Positions 53,810 to 64,000 of a stretch of DNA of 64,000 nt are shown in pieces. The translations under genes and the position numbers were made by a program. Under the pieces are notes generated by a model. It was not told the origin of the DNA. It searched no databases and worked only from the letters and a program-made list of their open reading frames with translations. The first letter of the stretch is position 1. Each line of letters begins with the position of its first letter. The stretch is taken from contig NC_087436.1 of the NCBI RefSeq assembly GCF_036321535.1, forward strand, positions 36,024,001-36,088,000. Direction: 5' to 3'. The DNA is from Camelus dromedarius. Taxonomy: Eukaryota.

Positions 53810-56048
53810 GACACAGAGTGATTAACAGCTAATTAGACACTTCAGAGGGGAAAAAAGGATAATGAACTGGTAGGAAGAGCAACAGAGACTCCTCAAAATA
53901 AAACAAAGGGAGAAAGAATGCAGAATAATTTTAAAAATGAACACAGCATCAATGAGCTTTGGAACAATCTCAAGCAGACAAAGGTACGTGTGAATTTTTA
54001 GCCTCCAGTGAGGGCGGGAAGCAAGAAACAGACTAAATATTTAAATACATAATGGTCAAAATTTTTTTTCAAATTTGATTAAAACTATAGACATACATAT
54101 TTAAGAAAATCAATGAACCAGCACAAGATGTATGAAGAAAACGACCACAGTGTACAATTAAATTGCTGAAAACCAGTGATAAAGAGAAAATCTTAAAAGC
54201 AACCAGAGGGAAAAATATATATTAGATACAGAAAACAAAGAAAATGGAGACAGAAGATTTTTTTTTTTCAAAAATAATGCAAAAAGGAAGAGAATGAAGC
54301 AAAATCATTAAAGAACTGGGCGGGGAGAGGGCAGTCACTATCAATCTAAATTCTTTATCCAATAAAAATATCTTTCTAAAGCAAAAATAAAATAATGACT
54401 CTTTTGAGACATGCAAAAACTTGAAGAATTCATGACCAGCACACCTGCAATACAGGAAATGTTAAAGTAAGCCTTTCAGGAAGAAGGAAAATGATACCAG
54501 ATGGAAACCTGAATCTACACAAAAGACTAAAGAGAGCTGGAAATGGTAACTACTTTGTGTAAATATAAAGATCTTTTTTTATTATTAGTTAAATCTCTTC
54601 AAAAGGAAATACCGTTTAGAGCAAAAATGATGACAATGTGCTCTGGGGTTTAAAACATATGTAAAAGTAAAATGTATGACAATAGTACAAAAGCCAGGAA
54701 GGAGCCAATGGAAGGATACTGTTTTAAGGTTCTTACACCATAAATGTGATATATTTCCACTTGAAGGCAGACTATGTTAAGTTAAAGATGTCTCATGGGA
54801 AATTAAAAAAAATATTTTGAACTAAATAGAAATAAAAATACAACATAGCAAACATGTGAATGCAGCTAAAGCAATGCTTAATGATTGTCTACGGCATTGA
54901 ACACAGACCTAGAAAAGAGAAAAATACATCACTAACTACAGTTCCCACCTTAAACTAAAGGAAGAAGAGCAAATGAAGCCTAATGTAAATAGCAGGAAGG
55001 AAATAATAAAGATGACAGCAGAAATCAGTGAAATCAAAACCAGAAAAACAAAATGCTCATAATTTGAAATGATCAAAATATCAAATATAAAACCGACATC
55101 AAGGCAGATTGATCATGAAAAAAAGAATATACCAAGAAACCAGTATCAAAAATGAAAGATAAAACATCACTACTCATCCTGCAGACAGTAAAAACATAAT
55201 AAGCAAGACTATGAACTGTATGTACACATATCAAAAAATGAAGGTTAAATGGCTTAATTCCTTAAAAGATACAAACTACCAAAACTCACTCAAGAAAAAA
55301 ATGGATAACCTGAATAGTCTGAGATTTACTAAAAAATTAAATTTAACTTAAGCCTACCAAATAATGACAATTTCAGGCCCAGATGGTTTCAATGAAGAAC
55401 ATTTAATGGAGAAATAGTACTAATTCTACACAATTTCTTCTAACAAATAAATGAAGAGAGAACACTTCCCAACTCGTTCTGTAACGCCAACATTATCCTA
55501 ATCCCAAAACCAGACAAAAACATTACAGGAAAATTACAGGCCAATCTCTCTCATGAACACGTAAAAATTCTCAACAAAATATCAGCAAATAGAATCCAGC
55601 AATATATAAAAAGGATACTATATCACAGCCAAGTGGAGTTCATCCAGGAATACAAGACCAATTAACACTTAAAAAAAATCAATGTAATTTACCATATAGG
55701 CAGACTAAGAAAAACCACATGATCATTTTAATAGATGCAAGAAAAGCATTCAACAGAATTCAACAGCCATCCATGATTAAAAAAAAAAAAAAACACCTCA
55801 GCAAACTAGGAATAGAAAGAAACATAATTTAATAAAGGACATCTTCAATACCTAATAGTGAGGGAGGGAACAAAGAGTGTTGAATGGGTACAGAGTTTCT
55901 GTTTGAGAAGAGGAAACAGTTCTGAAAATGACTGGTGATGACTGCATAGCAATATGAATATACTTAATGCCAACAAATTATACACTTAAGAATGGTTAAA
56001 ACAGTGAATTTTATGTTATACATATTTACCATAGTTAAAAAAAAAAAT
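53810..56048 (+). mobile_element. Old LINE-1 (L1MB-like) with deletions: ORF1 and ORF2 pieces plus 3' end
   Basis: ORF1-like aaagagaaaatcttaaaagcaaccagagg; ORF2-like cttcccaactcgttctgtaacgccaacattatcctaatcccaaaaccagac; 3' end aatgggtacagagtttctgttt...tacacttaagaatggttaaaa. Confidence 0.85.
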
Positions 56049-56159
56049 CTTTCCCCAGATATGGTTCTTATGACTCTAAGCTATAGCTAGAGTTTCTACA
56101 GTCCTATGGTTACACACAAAAGAGCAGGGTTAACCCCCAACCTGTGGAGGAAAAAAAAT

Positions 56160-56412
56160 ATATTAACCAAGGACCTAAATGTACAAGCTGAAACTGTAAG
56201 CTCTAAAAGAAAAGTTAAGGTAAATCCTCCTGACCTTCGATTTGACTATAGTTTCTCAAATGTGACACGAAAAATACATATAAGAAAAGAAAAAATAGAT
56301 ACACCAGACTTCCTCAAAATTAAAAACTTCTATGCTCCAAAGACACTATCAAGAAAGTGAAAATAGGCAGCTCACTGAGTGGAGGACAATATTTGCAAAT
56401 CATATATATTTG
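56160..56412 (+). mobile_element. Old L1 ORF2 fragment
   Basis: aggacctaaatgtacaagctgaaactgtaa...caaaattaaaaacttctatgct...atatttgcaaatcatata. Confidence 0.7.
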
Positions 56413-56414
56413 AC

Positions 56415-57011
56415 CATCAGGAAGGAAATCATCAACAAAATGAAAAGACAACTTACAGACTGTGAGAAAATATTTGCAAACAACGCAACTGACAAGGGCT
56501 TAATATCCAGAATATACAAACAGCTCATACAACTCAATAACAAAAAACACCCCAATGAAAAAATAAGCAGAAGACTTAAATAGACATTTCTCCAAAGAAG
56601 ATATACAGATGACCAATTGGCACATGAAAAAGTGCTCAATATTGCTAATTATCAGAGAACTGCAAGTCAAAACTACAATGAGGTATCATCTCACACCAGT
56701 CAGAATGGCCATCATTAAAAAGTTCACAAATGATAAACGCTGGAGAGGGCGTGGAGAAAAGGGAACTCTCCTACATTGTTGGTGGGACTGTAATTTGGTG
56801 CAGTCCCTATGGAAAATAGTACGGAGATTCCCTAAAAAACTAGAGTTACCATATGATCCAGCAGTCCCACTTCTGGGCATATATCTGGAGAAAGCTCTAA
56901 TTCAAAAAGATACATGCACCCCAGTGTCCAGAGCAGCACTATTTACAATAGCCAAGACATGGAAACAACCTAAACGTCCACCACAGATGACTGGATAAAG
57001 AAGATGTGGTG

Positions 57012-57052
<41 letters not shown>

Positions 57053-57552
57053 ACACACACACACAGACACACACACACACACATGGAATACTACTCAGCC
57101 AAAAAAGAATGAAATAATGCCATCTGCAGCAACATGGATGGACCTAGAGATTATCATATTAAGTAAAGTAAGTCAGACAGAGAAAGACAAATATCATATG
57201 ATATCACTTTTATGTGGAATCTAAAAAAAAGATACAAATAAACTTATTTACAAAATAGAAACAGACTCACAGGCATAGAAAACAAATTTATGGTTACCAA
57301 AGGGGAAAAGGGGGAGGGAGAGATAAATCAAAGAGTTTAAGATTAGCAGATACAAATTGCTATATATAAAGCAGATAAACAACAAGGTCCTAATGTGTAG
57401 CACAGAGAACTACATTCAATATCTTCTAATAACCTATAATGAAAAAAGAATATGAAAAATATATTTAGGTATAACTGAACCACTATGCTATAAACCAGAA
57501 AGCAACACAACATTGTAAATCCACTATACTTCGATAAAAAATTTCTAAAAAA
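56415..57552 (+). mobile_element. Younger 5'-truncated LINE-1 3' end (cetartiodactyl type)
   Basis: ORF 56609..56998 ([31 protein letters not shown]); 3'UTR aaacagactcacaggcatagaaaacaaatttatggttaccaaagggg...gtagcacagagaactac. Confidence 0.92.
57011..57083. repeat. Compound (TA)n(CA)n microsatellite expanded inside the L1
   Basis: Directly visible, at the L1 'tggtatatatacacaatgga' motif. Confidence 0.95.
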
Positions 57553-57686
57553 GAGTATGCAATCATTGCATATCTGTGTAAGATGAAGTAAAGGTAGTAC
57601 CACAAAAGAACTGCATTAACCCTACCGATGATTTATTTACTGTAAATGAAATTCTGTGCTTTTAGCAAACACTCATCAAGTATTTG

Positions 57687-60025
57687 TAGGCATACCTCAG
57701 AGATATTGTGGGTTCCATTCAAGCTCACTTCATTAAAGAGAACAGTACAATAAAATGAGGCCTGAATCTTTTGGTTTCCCAGAGCATATGAAAGTTATGT
57801 TTATACTATATTGTAGTCCAGTAAGTATGCAATAGCATAATGTCTAAAAAAAACACATACCTTAATTTAAAAATACTTTTTTGCTAAAAATGCTAATCAT
57901 CATCTGAGCCCTCAGCAAGTCATAATCTTTTGCTGGTGGAGAGTCTTGTCTTGATCTTGATGCCTGCTGAGTCATCAGGGCAGCGGTTGCTTACGATTGG
58001 GGTGGCTGTGGCAATTTCTTAAAATAAGACAACAATGAAGTTTGCCACATCAATTGATTCTTCCTTTCATGAACAATTTCTCTGCAGTATGTAATGTTTC
58101 AAAGCATTTTACCCACTGTAGAATTTCTTTCAAAGCTGGAGTCAATCTTCTTAAACCCTACCGCTGCTTTATCAACTAAGTTTATTTCATATTCTTAAAC
58201 CTTTGTTGCCATTATCAACAATCTTCACAGAATCTTTACCAGTATATTTCATCACAAGAAATCACTTTCTTTGCTCATCCATAGGAAGCAATTTCTCATC
58301 CACTCAAGTTTTCTCATGAGATTGCAGCAATTCAGTCACATCTTCAGGTTCCACTTCTAGTTCTCTTGCTATTTCTACCACATTTTCAGTTACTTCCTCC
58401 ACCTAAGTCTTGAACCCCTCAAAGTCACCCATAAGGGTTGGAATCAGCTTATTCCAAACTCCTATGAATGCTGGTATTTTAACCTCTTCTCATGAACGTT
58501 CTTAATGGCATGTAGAATGCTGAATCCTTCTCAGAAGGTTTTCAATTAATTTTGTCCAGATCCATCAGAAGAATTACAAAATATACTTCTTATTTAAGAC
58601 TTGAAAGTCAAAATGATGCCTTGGTCCATGGGCTGCAGAATGGATATTGTGTTAGCAGGCATGAAAACACTGATTTTGTACATCTCCATCAGAACGTTTG
58701 GGTAATCAGGTGCATTGTCAATGAGCCGTAATATTCTGAAAGGAATCTTTTTTTTTTTCCTGAGCATTAGGTCCCAATAGTGTGCATAAACTATTCAGCA
58801 AACCCTGTTGTAGACAGACGTGTTGTGATCTGGGCTTTGTTTTTCCAATTATAGAGCACAAGCAGAGTAGATTCAGCGTATTTCTCAAGGACCCTAGGAT
58901 TTTTGGAAAGGTAAATGAGCACTGGCTTTAACGTTAAGTCACCAGCTGCATTAGCCCGTGACAAGAGTCAGCCTATCCTTTGAAGCTTTCAAGCCAGGTA
59001 GTGACTTCTCCTCTCTAGCTATGAAACTCCTAGATGGCATCTTCTTCCAGTATAAGACTGTTTCATCTACAATGATAATCTGTTGGTTAGTGTAGCCACC
59101 TTCATTCGTTATCTTAGCTAGATCTCCTAGATAACTTGCTGCAGCTTCTGTATCAGCACTTGCTGTTTTACCTTGCACTTCAATGTTATGGAGACAGGTT
59201 CTTTCCTTAAACATCATTAACAAACCTCAGCTAGCTTCAAACTTTTCTTCTGCAACTCCCTCACCACTCTCACCTTTCACAGAATTGAAGAGAGTTTGGG
59301 ATTTGCTATGGCTTAGGCTTTGGCTTCAAGGAATGTTCTAGCTGGTTTGATTTTCTATGCAGACCACTAAAACTTTCTCCATGTCAGCAGTAAGGCTGTT
59401 TTACTTTCTTACTCATGTGTCCACTGGAGTAGCAGTTTTAATTTCCTTCTAGAACTTTTCCTTTGAAGTCACAATTTGACTGGCATAAAAGACCTAGCTC
59501 TTGGCCTGTCTTGGCTTTCTACATGCCTTCTTCACTAAGCTTAATCATTTCTAGCTTTTGACTGACAGTGAGAGATGTAACTCTGTCTTTCACTTGAATA
59601 CTCAAGAGGCCATTGCAGTGTTATTCATTGGCCTAATTTCAATATTGTTGTGTCTCAGAGAACAGAGAGACCCAAGAAGAGGAAGCGAAGTGGGTAAACA
59701 GCTGGTCAGTGGAGCAGCCAGAACATACAATAATTATCAGTTAAGTTCATCATCTTATATGGGCACAGTTTGTGGTGCCCTAAAACAATTATAATAGTAA
59801 CATCAAAGATCATTGATCACAGATTACCATAACAAATATAATAATGAAAAAGTCTGAAATATTGCAGTAATTACCAAAATGTAACAGAGACACAAACTGA
59901 GAAAATGTTGTTAGAAAAATGGCTCTGAAAGACTTGCTTGTTGCATGGTTGCCACAAAATTTCAATTTGTGAAAAACATCTGTAAAGCACAATAAAGGGA
60001 AGCACACCAAAATGAGTTGTGCTTG
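57687..60025 (-). mobile_element. Tigger1 (TcMar/pogo) DNA transposon, near full length, transposase disrupted
   Basis: TIR-like ends taggcatacctc (57687) and gagttgtgcttg|ta (60025). ORF 58951..59223(-) [16 protein letters not shown]...[46 protein letters not shown] is pogo DDE transposase. Length 2339 bp. Confidence 0.93.
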
Positions 60026-62194
60026 TACTGAGTACTGCTCATCTATACACACGCGTGGACAACCTTAACTTTATTTACAGATTTAAAAGAAGACATTCAT
60101 CAGAAACTGCATTATGAGTTTTCTATTTATAATCTGAAAGAAAGAGTGTTCAAATTCATCAAAGTTAACCAGGATCAGGACTGAGTACAGAAATTGGTGA
60201 TCCTTCCACTAACTTTTGTATCTTCTCATTTCTCCTCCTGAAGCCTGAGAAAAGTAAGGGGTAAAAAGAAAACTGGAATGAAAGAGTTAAACTTCGACAA
60301 TATTTAATAAGGTTAAAACTACAATCTTGATTTTGGCACAGAGTATTTCCTGGTTAAAAGTAATCTACTTTCCCAAATGTGCTTTCCTGTTCAATTGTTA
60401 TTACTTAAAACTATAAAAATGCACAAGAGAAGTTGGCAGGGAAGACTAGGATCTTGGGAGTGATAGAAGACACTCTTCTGTCTAGACAACAAGAAGCAAA
60501 ATCAAAAGAAACTGAATTCAAAAGCCCTGCCAAGAGCCAATATGGAATTAATAGAATTTCCACAGGTTGTACTATCTATTCCAAAAAAAGTGATCTGTTA
60601 TTTAGTAAAGTATCACAGAAACCCTCAACCCTTTGAGTCTGTAAGAAAAAAGAAAACATAGAATATAGTACTATTTTAAAAAATTAGAAACTCAAATTCC
60701 TTCAAATTATCCTGAAGCTACATGAAAAGTGAAATGTAACTGTGGTCAATTAAACTATTTAACTCAAATCTCTGCACCAATAAAGTAATGCTAATGAGCG
60801 CATCCTAAGAAATTCAACTGGCTCATTACATTCTGGTGTTCCAATCTCACCTGAAAAAGTGCCAAATAAAAATACATCACCAAATTTTGAATATGTAACT
60901 AGTGAAACAGACAGCCTTGTAATTATTCATATAATTAAGTGGTTTACTACTTTTTAAAATGAGAGTAAATGAAAAATGTTCATTTAACTAATGACACTTG
61001 GTAGACAATCTGATCACAACTACCTCTACATCTAACCAGGATCCAAGCTTACAGGTTCGGGACTATATAGTCCTGAAGCTTTGGTTGCAGTTCACTTTAC
61101 AACAATAGGTTCATATGAAAGTAGAGTTCTATTTTTTTTTTATTGGCTTTTAGCTTATTTTAAACCAATGGTCCAAATTCTGAAAACTGCAGTCCAAAGG
61201 TAATATCAAAAATATACATATTTGGATTATTTCCAAACAGTAAGGGACAACCTAAAACTACATAAATTGAAGTTGGGAAAGTGGCATGCGGTGGGGAGGA
61301 AGCTAAGATACATAAATGAATTACATAAACTTGATGCCAATAAACTTGTATATATTTGGTTAAGAATGTCATGTATCAGTGATGTTATGATGTATAAAAA
61401 ATGACTTATTGCAAAGATAATATATAAGTATAAATATTAAAAACACTATTTTTCTTTGTTTACCTTAATAAAATGAGGATTTTTTAATAGTAGGTCAAAG
61501 AAGCAACATATTCCACAAAAAATATAAAGAATTACTGTATACCCCTCCAGAGTAGGCAGGTCAGCACTATTATAGGCATCTGTATTCCAAAATTGTTAAA
61601 ATTCACTGAAGAAATCAGTTGCTTTATAAAACATGAAAAATCTGAAGAAAGTTACATAAGGGTAGTAACAGCTTATATTGGACTTTGGTACAGAAGGAAG
61701 ATAACCTTTTTCAAGTATTTCTCAAATATCTGGAATTGAGCATCAATTATTTTTTCCATGAAAATTATAGTTATTCACTTATTTATTCATCAAATATTGA
61801 CTGGACATCTAGTATGTGCTAATCCTATGCTAAGTACTAAAGATAAAAACAAAAAGAACCTCTGCTCTTATGGAACTTAAAATGCATTAAAAAATCATTC
61901 AGCTATACCCTTTTATCTAAAAATTTAACATTTTTATAGGGAGAAGATATGTAACTGATAGTTTCTTTCCATTTTCTTTTTAAAATCTCTTCATCTAAAA
62001 CTTATCTAAGAAATAAGTATTACTATAAAAAATATTATTCCAAGAAATAAAGAAAATTTTGGTCAAGAAAATAAACTAGTGGAAAGTAAAAATTAGAGAA
62101 AAGGACTAAAGTGAAAATAAAATGAGATTTTGCTTAAGCTCTTGGTGATTTTACATTTTCATCACATGCTTATAAATTAGAAAAATCTTTCTGG

Positions 62195-62490
62195 GGAAAA
62201 AAAATTTGATGATACTTGTCACAAGATTTAAAAATCACATATTTTAGTCTAGTAATTCCACTCCTACGAATCATAAATGCAAAGATCTGGACAAAAATAA
62301 GTTTATAATCATACAAGAGAAAAACAGAAAATACCCTATGTATTTGAGAATGGAAGAAGGATAAAACAATTACAGTTTATCCACATATAGTCTATTATGC
62401 TACTATTAACAAGATGTTTGCCAAAAATTTTAGAGTAAGACGTTTACCATATAACTTTTAGTGAAAAAAGCAGAGTATAAAACTATACAT
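62195..62490 (+). mobile_element. Old L1ME-like fragment
   Basis: tctagtaattccactcctacgaatc...ggataaaacaattacagtttatccac...tttagtgaaaaaagcag. Confidence 0.55.
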
Positions 62491-62496
62491 ACCCTA

Positions 62497-64000
62497 AGTG
62501 TCACTATATGCCGATGACATGTTACTATATATAGAAAACCCTAAAAGGTCCACACAAAAACTACTAGAGCTGATCAAAGAATTCAGCAAGGTAGCAGGTT
62601 ACAAGATTAACGTTCAAAAATCAGTTGCATTTCTTTACACTAACGATGAATCAACAGAAAAAGAAAGTAAAGAAACAATCCCCTTTAAAATAGCACCCAA
62701 AGTAATAAAATACCTAGGAATAAATCTAACCAAGGAGGTGAAAGAATTATACACAGAAAACTATAAACCACTGATGAAGGAAATTAAAGAAGACTTTAAA
62801 AAATGGAAAGATATTCCATGCTCTTGGATTGGAAGAATCAATATTGTTAAAATGGTCACACTGTCCAAGACAATCTATTTATTTAATGCAATCCCTATCA
62901 AATTACTCAGGACATACTTCACAGAACTAGAACAAATCATAATAAAATTTATATGGAACCATCAAAGACCTAGAATTGCCAAAGCATTACTGAAGAGAAA
63001 GAAAGAGGCTGGAGGAATAACTCTCCCAGACTTCAGACAATACTATAGAGCTACAGTCATCAAGACAGCATGGTATTGGTACAAAAACAGACATATGGAC
63101 CAATGGAACAGAACAGAGAGCCCAGAAATGAACCCACAAACTTTTGGTCAACTAATCTTAGACAAAGGAGGCAAGAATATACAATGGAATAAAGACAGTC
63201 TCTTCAGCAAATGGTGTTGGGAAAACTGGACAGCAACATGTAAAACAATGAAGCTAGAACACTCCCTTATACCATACACAAAAATAAACTCAAAATGGAT
63301 CAAAGACTTAAACATAAGACAAGATACAATAAACCTCCTAGAGGAAAATATAGGCAAAACATTATCTGACATACATCTCAAAAATGTTCTCCTAGAACAG
63401 TCTACTCAAGCAATAGAAATAAAAGCAAGAATAAACAAATGGGACCTAATGAAACTTACAAGCTTCTGCACAGCAAAGGAAACCATAAGTAAAACAAAAA
63501 GACAACTTATGGAATGGGAAAAAATTTTTGCAAATGAAACCAACAAAGGCTTGATCTCCAGAATATATAAGCAGTTCATATGACTTAAGAAAAAAATAAC
63601 CCAATACAAAAATGGGCAGAAGACCTAAACAAGCAATTCTCCAAGGAAGACATACAAATGATCAATAGGCACATGAAAAAATGCTCCATATTACTAATTA
63701 TCAGAGAAATGCAAATCAAAACTATGATGAGGTATCACCTCACACCAGTCACAATAGCCATCATTCAAAAGTCCACAAATGACAAATGCTGGAGAGGCTG
63801 TGGAGAAAAGGGAACCCTCCTACACTGCTGGTGGGAATGCAGTTTGTTGCAGCCATTGGGGAAAACAGTATGGAGATTCCTCAAAAGACTAGAAATAGAC
63901 TTACCATATGACCCAGGAATCCCGCTCCTGGGCATATATCCAGAAGGAACCCTACTTCAAAATGACACCTGCACACCAGTGTTCATAGCAGCATTATTTA
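62497..64000 (+). mobile_element. Young 5'-truncated LINE-1 ORF2 (RT YADD to C-terminus), runs off the window
   Basis: 361-codon uninterrupted frame 62498..63583 starting [14 protein letters not shown], ending at an in-frame TGA; L1 sequence continues downstream. Confidence 0.96.

Noticed and set aside
62498..63583. Reverse transcriptase ORF as part of a novel RT system
   Set aside because: Ordinary L1 ORF2 fragment: 5'-truncated, with no endonuclease domain or promoter.

Overview
Mammalian genomic DNA, AT-rich and repeat-dense, lying entirely inside one minus-strand gene: SPATA5/AFG2A, the AAA+ ATPase orthologous to yeast Drg1/Afg2 (60S ribosome biogenesis). Four coding exons are supported by GT-AG boundaries and continuous frame: 40818-40609 (210 nt), 26473-26420 (54 nt), 24726-24647 (80 nt) and 8377-8251 (127 nt). 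They encode the D2 AAA domain from the Walker A region (GPPGCSKT) through Walker B (IIFFDE) to sensor 1 (AATNRPD), and probably equal human exons 11-14. The rest is intron: young cetartiodactyl-type L1s (one 5'-inverted by twin priming), old L1M fragments, MLT1 LTRs, MER58 elements, a near full-length Tigger1, MIR/L2 relics and microsatellites. I saw no Alu, B1/B2, Bov-tA/BovB, PRE-1, CAN or CHR SINEs, which tentatively points to a camelid (inference). I found no convincing novel multi-gene system. The most unusual local structures are a 90-bp dispersed duplication fused to a 30-bp hairpin, an orphan GC-rich 3'UTR-like insert, a degenerate 5S-rRNA-like relic, a perfect 4-unit heat-shock element and a possible intron read-through isoform. 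Repeat subfamily names come from my recall of consensus sequences, and repeat edges are approximate unless TSD/TIR evidence is given.
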